64,000 nt of DNA from Parcubacteria group bacterium Gr01-1014_3 (GTDB taxonomy: Bacteria; Patescibacteriota; Minisyncoccia; UBA6257; WO2-44-18). This document shows positions 1-10,296 of this stretch, piece by piece. A program made the position numbers and the translations under genes. Each line of letters opens with the position of its first letter. The first letter of the stretch is position 1. The notes beneath the pieces were generated by a model. That model ran no database searches, was not told where the DNA came from, and saw only the letters and a list, made by a program, of their open reading frames with translations. The stretch spans positions 252,203 to 316,202 of the forward strand of contig VMGF01000001.1 of assembly GCA_007376445.1 (NCBI GenBank). Direction: 5' to 3'.

Positions 1-741
1 GGATCATTCTTTAACGCAATTCTAATCCAGCCTCTTCTTAATACGCTCGTATTCTTATATGAGTATGTGTCTTTTCAAGATCTCGGCATTGCCATCATTT
101 TGTTAACCATCGTCATTCGGGTAATTTTATATCCCCTTTTCTATAAGAGCCTGCACAATCAATCAATGATGCAGAAGATCCAGCCGGAGATTGAGAAGGT
201 TCGTCACGAACATAAAGATAATAAAGAGAAACAGGCGCAGGTGCTGATGGAGCTCTACCGTACGCACAAAGTTAATCCATTCATGGGATTTTTATTGATC
301 CTGATCCAGCTCCCTATCTTAATTTCTCTCTACCATGTGATCCTTAAGGGTTTTACCCTGGAGTCTTTCAGTAATCTTTATTCTTTCATAACTCCGCCGG
401 CCGTGCTTAATCACTCTCTTCTTGGCTTGATAGATCTTCAGCAATCCAGTATAGTAATTGTTGGTTTGGCCGCTATCTTACAATATTTTCAGGGCAAGCT
501 GGCTTTGCCAAAAAAATCTGGAGACGCCAAAGGAGAAGAGTCGCCAGCGGCGAAAGTTGGCCGGCAGATGGTCTTTATCGGGCCAATCCTGACCTTATTG
601 ATCTTAAATAGTTTGCCTGGCGCGGTTGGCCTTTATTGGGCGACCACCTCGGCTTTCTCGATAGTCCAGCAGATCATCGTGAACAAGACACTTTATAAAG
701 AATATGGAGGAGATAAAACAAACAATTCAAAAAACTCTTGA
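1..741 (+). CDS. yidC: Membrane protein insertase YidC/Oxa1 family, C-terminal part (5' end lies outside the window)
   Basis: The frame is open from nt 1 into ORF 67..741. It has a multi-TM hydrophobic profile and a conserved YidC C-terminal region, and it is followed by a jag-like gene as in the canonical yidC-jag pair. Confidence 0.75.
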   Translation, partial: GSFFNAILIQPLLNTLVFLYEYVSFQDLGIAIILLTIVIRVILYPLFYKSLHNQSMMQKIQPEIEKVRHEHKDNKEKQAQVLMELYRTHKVNPFMGFLLILIQLPILISLYHVILKGFTLESFSNLYSFITPPAVLNHSLLGLIDLQQSSIVIVGLAAILQYFQGKLALPKKSGDAKGEESPAAKVGRQMVFIGPILTLLILNSLPGAVGLYWATTSAFSIVQQIIVNKTLYKEYGGDKTNNSKNS

Positions 742-1132
742 ACTAATAGGCTTTAGCGAAGTCTCTGTTGACGTTGACGCTGTAAATAAAAAAGTAATAG
801 TTTTTATTAATGAGGGTGAGTGGCTGAAAAAGTGGCTCCCCTCTTTTGTTTCCGACGTGGAGCGGATAGCAAATTTGATAGGAAAGAAGCAGAATATTTC
901 TCCGATCTTCGTGGATATCAATAATTATCGGAAAGAGCGGGAGAATTTAATCGTAGAAATAGCCAAGGCTGCGGCTAGAAAAGCCACTTCTTCGAAGTCT
1001 GAAGTAAAGCTTCCGGCCATGAATTCATATGAACGCCGATTGGTTCATACCGAACTCTCAACCCGACCGGACGTGAAAAGTGAAAGCGCTGGTGAAGGAA
1101 AAGAACGGTGCGTGGTGGTAAAGCCCTTATAA
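704..1132 (+). CDS. jag: Jag/KhpB-like RNA-binding protein (KH/R3H)
   Basis: A C-terminal R3H-type motif (NSYERRLVHTELS) is present. The gene overlaps the end of yidC by 38 nt. Confidence 0.7.
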   Translation: MEEIKQTIQKTLELIGFSEVSVDVDAVNKKVIVFINEGEWLKKWLPSFVSDVERIANLIGKKQNISPIFVDINNYRKERENLIVEIAKAAARKATSSKSEVKLPAMNSYERRLVHTELSTRPDVKSESAGEGKERCVVVKPL

Positions 1133-1204
1133 CACGAATCTAAAAATTTAAAACGAATGCCACAAATAGTATGCGAATAGCGTACTACAAATACGCACAC
1201 ACAA

Positions 1205-1594
1205 ATGTTGTCGACAAGAGATTTATCTAAGGTTTTATATCCAGAGTTGTCTTATAAAATTTGCGGACTTTGTTTCGAGATTCACAATAAGCTCGGCAGA
1301 TTTTTGAATGAAAAACAATATACCGATGCCCTTGAGCAACTTCTTATTCGAGATAAGGTTATATACGTTAGAGAAACTGCATTGGCAAGGAGCTTTGAAG
1401 GCGAGAAAGCTCGGAGAAATATACCAGATTTCGTTATCGATAATACGGTCATAGTTGATTTAAAAGCAAAACGACTCATCACTAAGGATGATTATTTTCA
1501 AATGCGACGTTACCTAGCATCTTCCAATAAAAGACTAGGAATTATTGTAAATTTTCGCCCAAAGTATCTGACTCCAAAACGAGTGGCGAATTAG
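1205..1594 (+). CDS. GxxExxY-family protein (PD-(D/E)XK-like)
   Basis: A 129-aa protein carrying the ICGLCFEIHNKLG...E..Y signature typical of GxxExxY proteins. Confidence 0.6.
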   Translation: MLSTRDLSKVLYPELSYKICGLCFEIHNKLGRFLNEKQYTDALEQLLIRDKVIYVRETALARSFEGEKARRNIPDFVIDNTVIVDLKAKRLITKDDYFQMRRYLASSNKRLGIIVNFRPKYLTPKRVAN

Positions 1595-1632
1595 TTATTC
1601 GTGGCATTTGTGCCATTTGTGGATTGGTGTTA

Positions 1633-2733
1633 TTAAAGAGCGAGAGAATAAAGTTTGTTATCATATCGATTAATAAAGTACAGTTTATCTCCGTGGACTT
1701 CGAGTTGATCAGCATCAATAATTAAATCATCGCTGGAGACGAAGAGCGGAAGCGCGCCGCCTAGTGGCCGATGACCTTCGCTGGATAGCGGAATTATATA
1801 AATATTGTCCGCGGTGTAAATTTTGCGTTTCCAGTAATCATCGGGCAGAGCTGATGAGCCAAAAGAGTTTGGGGCGGCGCAGTAAATTTCTATTCTATCC
1901 AGATTAAAGGTGCATTTGGATGGCAAGGTGATTAAGTTGGCTAAATTCCCCAGGCTGATGCCGGCAGCATTAACTAGGGCGAGGGAGTTCTGCCGATTTA
2001 ATGAGCTGAACTTTATTGCCTCTTGTCCGCTTGAGGACCACTTTAAAATAAGGCCAGCCTCATCTTTGATCACGCGGCGGAAAGCGGAGGTTTTCAAATT
2101 AAAAGACCACAATGAGCCAGTTAACCCAGCGGTGGCGCGTTCTTTAAAGTAAACCAAGTCCGGTGTGGCCCAATCTATCTCAATATCCTTTTGAGCGGTT
2201 CGGAAAACTTCGGTGGAGCGGCGTAGGCTGACATCGTAAGTATAAAGCCGGTTCAGAGTTCCATTTTCCCGGAGATAAACCAGGCGGTTATTGTCGGTCG
2301 GACTCCAGCTGACGGCCAGCGTACCGCTTGGTAATCCCTGCCACCCGCTATTAACCGAATTAAAGATTGTAAATGACAGGCCCTGCGGATAGCCGAACCC
2401 TACGATTGCGGAAGTTCCATCGGCGGATGACTCAAGCGAATTAATACTTTTTGGAGCCTGGCTACTGACGGTCTGCGCCACGTTGCCGTCAATTTTTACG
2501 ACTTGGCCCGCTGAGTTTATATAAAATGGAGCGCCATCGGTCTTATTGATCCAGTAAGCCAGAATAGATTCTCCGGAAACCGATTTTGGCTCGTTTTTGA
2601 GCCTTGGTTCTTCGGTCGCGATATCTTCGCTTGCAGGAGCGCCAGCGTTTTGGTCAGCCATAAATTGCCAGATTAAATATCCTGAGCCTCCAACCAGTAG
2701 GGCTACTCCAATGATTAAAAGAATCTTCTTCAT
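1633..2733 (-). CDS. Secreted/anchored beta-propeller-like protein (TolB/WD40-like repeats), hypothetical
   Basis: It has an N-terminal TM/signal sequence (MKKILLIIGVALLVGG) and repeated SPDG/WSP-like strands. It is the last gene of the minus-strand T4SS-like locus. Confidence 0.45.
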   Translation of the reverse strand: MKKILLIIGVALLVGGSGYLIWQFMADQNAGAPASEDIATEEPRLKNEPKSVSGESILAYWINKTDGAPFYINSAGQVVKIDGNVAQTVSSQAPKSINSLESSADGTSAIVGFGYPQGLSFTIFNSVNSGWQGLPSGTLAVSWSPTDNNRLVYLRENGTLNRLYTYDVSLRRSTEVFRTAQKDIEIDWATPDLVYFKERATAGLTGSLWSFNLKTSAFRRVIKDEAGLILKWSSSGQEAIKFSSLNRQNSLALVNAAGISLGNLANLITLPSKCTFNLDRIEIYCAAPNSFGSSALPDDYWKRKIYTADNIYIIPLSSEGHRPLGGALPLFVSSDDLIIDADQLEVHGDKLYFINRYDNKLYSLAL

Positions 2734-2736
2734 GGA

Positions 2737-3564
2737 TTATTGGCCTAAGGCTTTTTTAAGCTTGTCTTCCTCGCTCTGCCAGAGTAATTGTTGATGCTGA
2801 GAGTCCTTTCTCCCCTGTTCATATTGAGCAAACAGTTTTTCGTATTCTTTATTTAATCGTTCAGCTTCGGCTTTATTACCGGCAAGTTTTGCTTCATCTG
2901 CCTTCGCGCCAATAACCGCAAGTTGACGATTTAATTCGTCATTGTTAGCTACAATTTCCCAATACAGAGCTTTTGACGCATTCACATTGTTCTGTAGGAG
3001 ATTGATCAAGTTTTCCTGATTTTTATTGTCTTCATATTGCTGGTTAGCCAGCTTTGCTTTTTCAACGGCCGTTTTAAGCTCTGCATCTCTTTGGGCAGCT
3101 GTTAGCTTAGCTTGCTCTAATTCTGTTTCATACTTTTCGAGCAGTTCGCCGATTGAGGTCTTGGTTTTGGCTGTCGGCAAAGAAACCTTCTGAAGCTCCG
3201 GCAGAGTAAGGTTGGTAAGGTTAGGATTGATGGCGCGGAGGATGACATACGCGCCAAAGAGAAGCACTAAGCCGATCGCGGCTTGGGTGATGCGGTCGTT
3301 GGCGTCTTTAATCTTCGATTCATTACCGGCTGATACGATTCTTTCGATCGCGGCATAAACGATGATGGCCATGCCCAGCAAACCACCAATGCTTAGGCCG
3401 AAAAGATAGATGTAGCGTATATACTCACCAGGATTGGTTATTTGAGTAACTCCACCATCGATTGGAATTGGCACGATTAACGTGGTGGGTTTTATTTGCG
3501 CAAGAGCAAGATTGGAGGAGATCAGCAGGCCGAAGGTTAAGGAAATAAAAAATAGTTTTTTCAT
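2737..3564 (-). CDS. Signal-peptide plus TM protein with long coiled-coil C-terminus (T4SS-like locus component)
   Basis: Signal peptide MKKLFFISLTFGLLISSNLALAQ, one TM segment, and a heptad-rich charged C-terminal half. Confidence 0.45.
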   Translation of the reverse strand: MKKLFFISLTFGLLISSNLALAQIKPTTLIVPIPIDGGVTQITNPGEYIRYIYLFGLSIGGLLGMAIIVYAAIERIVSAGNESKIKDANDRITQAAIGLVLLFGAYVILRAINPNLTNLTLPELQKVSLPTAKTKTSIGELLEKYETELEQAKLTAAQRDAELKTAVEKAKLANQQYEDNKNQENLINLLQNNVNASKALYWEIVANNDELNRQLAVIGAKADEAKLAGNKAEAERLNKEYEKLFAQYEQGRKDSQHQQLLWQSEEDKLKKALGQ

Positions 3565-3565
3565 A

Positions 3566-4276
3566 TTAACGAATTATTAGGTTGGTTGAGGCCGAAGCGC
3601 TTTCGAGAGCTTGGCGGATATTTTGCGCGCTGGCCTCGAGTTTAACTGAAGTTCCTCTCGATAGTCCCCGTGTATCTAAGTCTAGTATATTCGATGCATT
3701 TTCCTCGGTAGCAGCGCCGTTGGCGGTCCAAGTGAAGTTGATCTGATCTAGCCCAGTAATGTTAAAGAAATAAAGGAGCGTTTTTATCGGATTAAGTCCG
3801 GCGGATATTAAATTACCTGGAAATGGAGCATCAATCACCAGTTCCGGATTAACTATCGGCACGGTGATAGTTTTGGATACATCATTACCCTTATAGCCAA
3901 CTACGACTGCCTGAACCGTGGCGTCACCTCTTAGAGAGTCAGCTATGAAAGAAAAACTACGCAATCCCCTGCCCGATTGTCCTAGTTCGTCATTGACGTA
4001 CCAGCGGATCGTATATGGCGCGAGATCAACGAGACGATTATTTTCCAAGAGATCTACGCCGGCCACTACACGCGCTCCGTTAACTGGCAGGACTTTCCCG
4101 GCGTAATCCGGCGGAACGCTATTGCCCGCTTTCCAGCTGAGGAGAAGCTCTGGCGCCTGCTGGGCGGTAGAAGAATTAGGAATCAAGAATAAAGAATAAA
4201 GAATAAATACAATAAAAATTAACCCATAATTCTTGATTCTTGATTCTTGATTCTTAGCCACTGATTCTTGATTCAT
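3566..4276 (-). CDS. Secreted hypothetical protein (T4SS-like locus)
   Basis: It has an N-terminal hydrophobic segment. Its 5' end is built from (aagaatc)n heptamer repeats and their inverted copy. Confidence 0.45.
   Translation of the reverse strand: MNQESVAKNQESRIKNYGLIFIVFILYSLFLIPNSSTAQQAPELLLSWKAGNSVPPDYAGKVLPVNGARVVAGVDLLENNRLVDLAPYTIRWYVNDELGQSGRGLRSFSFIADSLRGDATVQAVVVGYKGNDVSKTITVPIVNPELVIDAPFPGNLISAGLNPIKTLLYFFNITGLDQINFTWTANGAATEENASNILDLDTRGLSRGTSVKLEASAQNIRQALESASASTNLIIR
4178..4273. repeat. (aagaatc)n heptamer tandem repeat with inverted partner (gaatcaagaataaagaataaagaat ... attcttgattcttgattcttgattctta)
   Basis: Perfect 7-bp periodicity. It overlaps the 5' end of ORF 3566..4276. 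Confidence 0.6.
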
Positions 4277-4284
4277 AATTCTGT

Positions 4285-4656
4285 TTATTTTGAAGTGCTT
4301 ATTGGTATTTTCGGCACACCGGGCTTTTTAACGGGCATTTTTTGGGCAATGGACTGGATCTTTTGAGCTACTTGGCTCTCCGGATGGCGGTCGGCATAGA
4401 TCACCATACAGACCCCGATTGTTCTTAACGGCAGAGCGCCGACATAGGGAATAAGCTCAAGCAGGTTCATCGATAAATCATACTCCGCCCCTATCCCTTT
4501 CATTCTAAAATATAATTGGGTTATCGGAAATGTCAGGATATCGATGATCCAAAAGTCGTCTAAGGCCAGGAAAACCAGGATGATGCCGATAATATCGGTA
4601 AGCGCGATATAGCAAACCAGTAAAAAGGCGATGGGAAGTGAGATTTTGGGCTCCAT
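4285..4656 (-). CDS. Small polytopic membrane protein
   Basis: A 123-aa protein with two or three hydrophobic helices, in the same operon direction as the VirB4-like gene. Confidence 0.4.
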   Translation of the reverse strand: MEPKISLPIAFLLVCYIALTDIIGIILVFLALDDFWIIDILTFPITQLYFRMKGIGAEYDLSMNLLELIPYVGALPLRTIGVCMVIYADRHPESQVAQKIQSIAQKMPVKKPGVPKIPISTSK

Positions 4657-4680
4657 GTGAGTAATGAATTATTTAAATAC

Positions 4681-4745
4681 TAATTTTAAATTTTGAATTA
4701 TAAATTTTAATTTAATTTAAAATTGAAAATTTAGAATTTATAATT
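4681..4745. repeat. AT-rich (aatttta/gaaaatt)-type periodic repeat block, intergenic
   Basis: taattttaaattttgaattataaattttaatttaatttaaaattgaaaatttagaattta. Partially palindromic. Confidence 0.5.
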
Positions 4746-6474
4746 ATTTGTTTTCCAATATCTGTTCCGGCTTGGTGGTGATCACCTGGTCTTCCCCATA
4801 CGAAGCTACTATCTGGATAGCCACGTGATTCAAGCCGGCGAAAAACAAACCCAATCCGATCTCTGCCTGAAGCAGAAGGTTTTTTTCGGCTTCGCTGAGA
4901 TTAAAAGTTTTCGCTACGCTATCGATCATCGCCGGAGATTGTTTCAAAAGAAGCTGCATTGAAGAGTTGGTGATGATCGGGCGGCCGAATGGCGAGCTCA
5001 AGAAGTCTTCCACGTCTTGAGTGATAGTGCTGATGCCGAGGAAATATTTTCTGGCTCTCTTTACCAGGGCGAACAAGAAAGAAGCGCCATCCGGATATTT
5101 CATCATCCACCAGGCCTCGTCGATAATCAGAACACGGCGTTTTAATTGAGCGCGGACGATATTCCAAATGAAGTTGAGTACGATATACATCGCGATCGGA
5201 CGAAGTTCGTCCTCAAGGTCACGGATCGAAAATACTACAAGACGATTTTTGACATCAATATTGGTCGGCTGATTAGTGAAGCCAGCATAACTTCCTTTGG
5301 TGAAGCGATAAAGACGTTCGGCGATCTCGCGGCCGCCCTCCATATTTTCTAAAACAGCCTGCAGGTTTTCCATGAGTGGCGGCCTGGCGGTCGAGAAATC
5401 TTTACCAGGCACGATATCAAAAGCCGCGTAAGTTTCTGAGATTGCGCGGTCCAGCAAGGCTTCTTCTTGCGGATTGATCTCGCCAAGCATCAGTTTTACT
5501 AAACCGGTCAGATTTACCACGTGAGACTTCAAAACATCCGCCGGATCTTCACCTTGCGGGATCACCGGAATATCAAAAGGGTTGATGTGGCTTTGCGAAG
5601 CTAACGAAATCTTAAAGAAGCTCCCACCCACCACATTAGCCAGCTGTTGATATTCATTTTCCGGATCAATAATCAAAACATCGGTGCCAGTCATCAAAAG
5701 ACGAAGCGCTTCGAGTTTGGTGGCGTAAGATTTACCGGCGCCGGATTTGGCAAAGATGACCATATTGGCGTTTTCGAGCGAGAAGCGGTCAAAGATGATG
5801 AGGGTGCTGTTGTGGCGGTTAATGCCGTACAAAATTCCTTCATCCGAGGTTAGTGTGGCCGAGACAAACGGAAAGAACGAGGATAATGGGCTGGAATTGA
5901 GCGGGGTGTGAATGTCCAGCTGGTCAGTGCCGAGTGGTAGAACCGAAGAGATGCCTTCGATCTGCTGGAAAAGCGCCGGCTTAGCGTAAACCAACTTACT
6001 TTCCAGGACATAAGTGATCTCGGACTCGAGTTTATTCAGATTTTCGATGGTGTCGGCATAAAGCGTGATATAAACTCCGACATTAAAAAGGTGCTCTTGT
6101 CCCTGCTGGAGAGAATCTCGGAGCGCTTCGATGTCTTGAATGGCAGTTTCTAAGACCGGATTCCGGACTAAGCCCTTCTCTTGCTGTTCAGCGATCTCCG
6201 CCTCCACGATGGCGGCTTTTTTACGGAGATTTTTGAGCGCCATCGGCGTGTCCACCGGATGAACGACGACGGAGATATCTAAAAGATTCGGCAGATTGAT
6301 GATCGGCGAGAACCAACCGGTCGAGAGATAACGAGGATAGGTGAAAATAAAAAGCGTCTTCGCGAATTTATTGCCGAGCTTCACATAATTCGGATTTACC
6401 TCAATAGCCGGTGGGGCGATGATGTTTTTTATTTCTTGTTCCATTATTTTATTGCGCTGGTTCGGCTCGGGCAA
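4744..6474 (-). CDS. VirB4/TrbE/CagE-like type IV secretion ATPase
   Basis: Walker A (FAKSGAGKSYATK) and Walker B (RVLIIDEAWWMM) motifs in a protein of about 576 aa. Gene order and size match VirB4-like ATPases of Gram-positive/CPR T4SS-like loci. Confidence 0.8.
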   Translation of the reverse strand: MPEPNQRNKIMEQEIKNIIAPPAIEVNPNYVKLGNKFAKTLFIFTYPRYLSTGWFSPIINLPNLLDISVVVHPVDTPMALKNLRKKAAIVEAEIAEQQEKGLVRNPVLETAIQDIEALRDSLQQGQEHLFNVGVYITLYADTIENLNKLESEITYVLESKLVYAKPALFQQIEGISSVLPLGTDQLDIHTPLNSSPLSSFFPFVSATLTSDEGILYGINRHNSTLIIFDRFSLENANMVIFAKSGAGKSYATKLEALRLLMTGTDVLIIDPENEYQQLANVVGGSFFKISLASQSHINPFDIPVIPQGEDPADVLKSHVVNLTGLVKLMLGEINPQEEALLDRAISETYAAFDIVPGKDFSTARPPLMENLQAVLENMEGGREIAERLYRFTKGSYAGFTNQPTNIDVKNRLVVFSIRDLEDELRPIAMYIVLNFIWNIVRAQLKRRVLIIDEAWWMMKYPDGASFLFALVKRARKYFLGISTITQDVEDFLSSPFGRPIITNSSMQLLLKQSPAMIDSVAKTFNLSEAEKNLLLQAEIGLGLFFAGLNHVAIQIVASYGEDQVITTKPEQILENK

Positions 6475-7165
6475 TTTCTAATCTTTTTTTCTCAATCGAT
6501 TCTGGGTTGTATAGATTATAAAAAAGTTCCACGATTTCTTCGTTGGCCAAAAGTACCGATCTTAAGCCCATAGAATTCAAGCCACCGATAACCTCGTCTA
6601 CTCTTTGGGTTAATTGCTGGAGATTCTGCTGGAATTGCGGACCCATTTCTGAATTAGCCGAGGTAGAAGCCTTTTTGCCAAAGATTCCAAAGATCTTATT
6701 AAAGATTCCGGCGCCGCCCTTGGTTGGAAGAAAGACCGGATCAAAAGGAACGACCACGAAAAAAGTTTTCGACATGATCGGATTTTGAGAAACGAAGCTT
6801 TGCACGAAATCGTGGTATCCGGTTAATTGCGTCTTGAGCAGCTCGTTTGGTTCTTGAGCCTGGATCCCCTCCAAACGGCGCAAATAGTCCTCAATATTCA
6901 AACGGCGGGAATGAATAAAGACCTGCACGGAAAAATTCAGTGAATTTAGAAAATTTTGGTAAGCATAAGTAAGCAGTCCTTGCTCCTCCTCGGACTTTAA
7001 ATCAAAATTAACTCCGCTGACCATCAAAATTTGGCGCAATCCGCCATTTTTTAAGATCAGGGTGTTCTCCTGGACTGTTTCAATATTAATAAACTTCTGC
7101 GTCGGTTGAGATTTCGCTTGTGCCATCTTCCTTATTATAACAAACTTCACCAATATACGAATCAA
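6449..7165 (-). CDS. Hypothetical protein of the T4SS-like locus (start probably at the internal Met MAQAKSQ, about nt 7126)
   Basis: A contiguous ORF immediately upstream of the VirB4-like gene. No recognisable motif. Confidence 0.4.
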   Translation of the reverse strand: MIRILVKFVIIRKMAQAKSQPTQKFINIETVQENTLILKNGGLRQILMVSGVNFDLKSEEEQGLLTYAYQNFLNSLNFSVQVFIHSRRLNIEDYLRRLEGIQAQEPNELLKTQLTGYHDFVQSFVSQNPIMSKTFFVVVPFDPVFLPTKGGAGIFNKIFGIFGKKASTSANSEMGPQFQQNLQQLTQRVDEVIGGLNSMGLRSVLLANEEIVELFYNLYNPESIEKKRLEIARAEPAQ

Positions 7166-7182
7166 GCACTAATATACGAACA

Positions 7183-7650
7183 CTAGAATGACGAGTCTTT
7201 AGAATCTTGCGCCTGTTTCAGCGCTGTCGGTGAAGCCTTTTCTCGCCCAACGATACCGGCTGTGGTCGTCAAAAGTTTGGTCCAAAGGCTCTTAATTGAA
7301 GTTTTCCCTTCAGGTGAGCTCATTTGGCCGGCTTTAGGCAGGCGGATTTCGGTCAATTTAAGCGTGGCGTCTTCTCTTTGCCAGAGGTACATTCTTGGCT
7401 GCCAAAAGTAGCTCACTATGCTCTTTAAAATGACCGGCAGAGGCCGTCCGTTGAACTTAATAAACGCTAAAGCCGCCGCCGCGGTGCCCAAAATAACAGT
7501 GATAATCAGCCAAAGCCAGATTTGGAGCACAAAGAACAAGAAAAAGCTGATTAGCGAGGCCACGCCTATATATAGGAACTGCTTGAGTGTGAGCGGGCCG
7601 ACTATCTTAGTTTCCGTTTCGATAAATTGTGGAACCTGAAATTGGCTCAT
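7183..7650 (-). CDS. Two-TM small membrane protein (VirB3/PrgI-like candidate)
   Basis: A 155-aa protein with two adjacent TM helices. Its position near the VirB4-like ATPase is as expected for VirB3-like proteins. Confidence 0.4.
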   Translation of the reverse strand: MSQFQVPQFIETETKIVGPLTLKQFLYIGVASLISFFLFFVLQIWLWLIITVILGTAAAALAFIKFNGRPLPVILKSIVSYFWQPRMYLWQREDATLKLTEIRLPKAGQMSSPEGKTSIKSLWTKLLTTTAGIVGREKASPTALKQAQDSKDSSF

Positions 7651-8285
7651 TGGTTTTGGTCTGGCTTAGGAAAATTTATCGGCAATCTCACGATTGGTGG
7701 ACGGAGGGGCTGAAAGGTTGGGCGATTTTGCGGGATCGGGGGCGGGGTTGGAATTTGGCGAACCGGGGGTTCTACGACAACCTTCGGAGGTTCAACTCTT
7801 ATGGCTATTGGTGTTTGGATTGGTTGGGCTGGTGCCGGAGTTATGCTGTCATTCTGATCCGCCGGCTGGCGGAGAAGAATCTCGAGTTCCTTCGGCTGCG
7901 CCTCAGGATGACCGGGCCCCGGTTTCGCGAAATAAATTAATTTAATATCTATATCCGCCTCCCTTCTCAGTTGTCCTTCGATCGGCCGGAGAATTTTTTC
8001 TTCGATCTCTTGGGCGATATTTTTGGCGCTATTAAAATCTATATCCAACTCTTCGGAAAGAATATTAATAAATTCACCCGGCTCAATATCTTTGGTAACT
8101 AACCGGAGAATGGTAGTCGGAATTATTTTTACTAATGGCCCGGCCATATCCAGCCTTTCATTAATATCAATAACCACATAAGTCGCCCTCTCGGAGGTCA
8201 GCCATTCGCGGATTTTATCCGGAAGCTCGTCAAATTTTTTTCTTAAATCAGCTTTATTCATCATCGCCGATAGTTTGTTGGGCAA
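7647..8285 (-). CDS. Hypothetical protein with proline-rich C-terminus
   Basis: An ORF with a PPxxP-rich tail, translationally coupled to its neighbours. Confidence 0.45.
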   Translation of the reverse strand: MPNKLSAMMNKADLRKKFDELPDKIREWLTSERATYVVIDINERLDMAGPLVKIIPTTILRLVTKDIEPGEFINILSEELDIDFNSAKNIAQEIEEKILRPIEGQLRREADIDIKLIYFAKPGPGHPEAQPKELEILLRQPADQNDSITPAPAQPIQTPIAIRVEPPKVVVEPPVRQIPTPPPIPQNRPTFQPLRPPIVRLPINFPKPDQNQ

Positions 8286-10296
8286 ACTTTAATTTTTTAT
8301 AAGCAATCTTTTGAGTATCACTTCCGGCTGTTAATTTGGTTTTCTCATCAGCTCGATAGACTTTCAAAATTGACTGCAGAGTAGAAACCTTGCTCTTATC
8401 GCCGACTTCTTTAGCTTCGGTAATTTGCTTAAGAGTAAGGGCGATATCTTCATTGATTTTCCGGAGATCCGCGCCGATCTCTTTTTCCATGGTCTTTTTC
8501 AGGGCGGATCGTTGAAGTATAGTGCCCCTGCGATAGATATCACTAATTGCCGCTTGACTTAAACCAAGTACAAAATCCACCTCGTTAAACATCTCTTTTT
8601 CCACGTCCGCGGCTTTATCGGCGCGCATCTTCTCGGCAATCTGCTTGAGGGTCTTGCCGGTAAGTTTGGCGGTTAATCTTGGGCTCGTAGAGAGCGCGTC
8701 TTTAACATTCGGAACGTTTTCGATATTTTTCCTAATCTTTTTGCCGTCCACGATTTCTTCGGTATCGGCAATGCCTGGATTAACCTTTCGTGAAGCTTGA
8801 ATGAATTGTTCAAGACGCGCGTCCTTTTCCTCCGAAGTTGCCAAGTGCGCGGTTAATCCGCCAACTTCTTTACGCTTAACCGACTCAGCCAAAAGAGCTG
8901 CTTGTTCCACCGGACTGATTCTTTCGATTCTTGTAGTTTTTTGGCGTTCAGCAAACTGCTGTTCAGTCAGGCTAGATAGATATTGTTTCTGATAATCACC
9001 TACTTCATTAGATCGAGAGGCAGCTACATTCAGCCCCGCCACGGCGGCTTTGCTGCCAGGAATCCAACGCAGGGCTTTAGTATTTAATAGATTGGCGAGA
9101 GCATTGGCGCCGGCTTTAGCTGGACGCGTGCCAAGCTCTTGTGCCCCGGCCCGAGCGCCCGTCAATGGTAATCTCGCCGCTTTCCCGGTCGCGCCAATAA
9201 TCCAGCCCTTGGCGCTGTTCGCCATGCCCATAGCGGTATTCGCGCCAACGGCGCCAAGTTTTTGAGCTACTATTAACCCCGCGAACATCATTCCAACCTG
9301 GACTATGATTTGCAAAAAGCCGATCAAGACGCCCTCACTTAGCCCGGAGATCGTTTTAGCGGCCGCGAAGGCTTCCGGACTGGCTTGGCTTTTTAATACC
9401 GCGCCGAGTTTATCGGAGGTAAGAATACTTAAGTAAAGGAAGAATGAAATGGCGGGGAAAAATACGTTCCATTTCAAAAAAGTACTCCACCATTCAGAGC
9501 TGTGCTTAGCTAGATTCGGGAATATCCAGGCTAACCAGGCGAGTGGCATCACAATCAGCAAGAAGATCAGATAGATATACCGGACAAGGAGCATGAAAGC
9601 GATCGCGAAGAAAGTGATTACGAGGGTGGTCATAAATATCGCGGTGGAGGCCACCGAAACGAATGCACTGATATAACTTAATCCGAACTTTAAAATGTCG
9701 CCGCTGATATTTTCTGGAACGGCGATTTTAATGCCGCTCAGGCTGCTTACATTCAAGCTTTGCGCCAAATTGGCGGCAAAGTTATTAATATTTTCTGGAG
9801 AGGCAGCTTGAATGAAGTAGTTACCAAAAACATTGAAGAAATCGATGATGATGCCGGCAAAAGTGAAGCTGAAGTTGACTAACAAAGCGGCCGCGACCAA
9901 TTTCCAAATCATCTGCTTAAAGCCGTAGTTTTGCAGGCGGAGCATGGTGGCAAAAGCAATGACAATAATTGCAATGACGAAGCCTAAATTTGTCATACTC
10001 AATGTCAATCTGAATCCTTCACGCACAAGAGGGCTGCTAGTAATTTGCGGGCCTAAGTTAATCAATACACCTATAAGAGAGCTGGCGATTGAAATTAAAA
10101 ATCCCGCCACTATGCCTATCATGTTGCCAACCGCTAATGAGCCCCAGTTGAAAAACTGCATTAAGCCACAGAGTATCCAGCCCGACTGGCATTCAGGCGT
10201 TTTTTCTTGCGCGAAAGCCAGCGCTGGTGCCAATAATACCGAAACCATCATTAAACCCAAGAGGAATTTTTTCATTATGGATTGGTTAGCTGGCAT
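8254..10296 (-). CDS. Large polytopic membrane protein, VirB6/TrbL-like
   Basis: A 680-aa protein with a signal peptide, many TM helices in the N-terminal 350 aa, and a charged coiled C-terminal domain. This is typical of VirB6-like proteins found next to VirB4 in CPR loci. Confidence 0.55.
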   Translation of the reverse strand: MPANQSIMKKFLLGLMMVSVLLAPALAFAQEKTPECQSGWILCGLMQFFNWGSLAVGNMIGIVAGFLISIASSLIGVLINLGPQITSSPLVREGFRLTLSMTNLGFVIAIIVIAFATMLRLQNYGFKQMIWKLVAAALLVNFSFTFAGIIIDFFNVFGNYFIQAASPENINNFAANLAQSLNVSSLSGIKIAVPENISGDILKFGLSYISAFVSVASTAIFMTTLVITFFAIAFMLLVRYIYLIFLLIVMPLAWLAWIFPNLAKHSSEWWSTFLKWNVFFPAISFFLYLSILTSDKLGAVLKSQASPEAFAAAKTISGLSEGVLIGFLQIIVQVGMMFAGLIVAQKLGAVGANTAMGMANSAKGWIIGATGKAARLPLTGARAGAQELGTRPAKAGANALANLLNTKALRWIPGSKAAVAGLNVAASRSNEVGDYQKQYLSSLTEQQFAERQKTTRIERISPVEQAALLAESVKRKEVGGLTAHLATSEEKDARLEQFIQASRKVNPGIADTEEIVDGKKIRKNIENVPNVKDALSTSPRLTAKLTGKTLKQIAEKMRADKAADVEKEMFNEVDFVLGLSQAAISDIYRRGTILQRSALKKTMEKEIGADLRKINEDIALTLKQITEAKEVGDKSKVSTLQSILKVYRADEKTKLTAGSDTQKIAYKKLKFAQQTIGDDE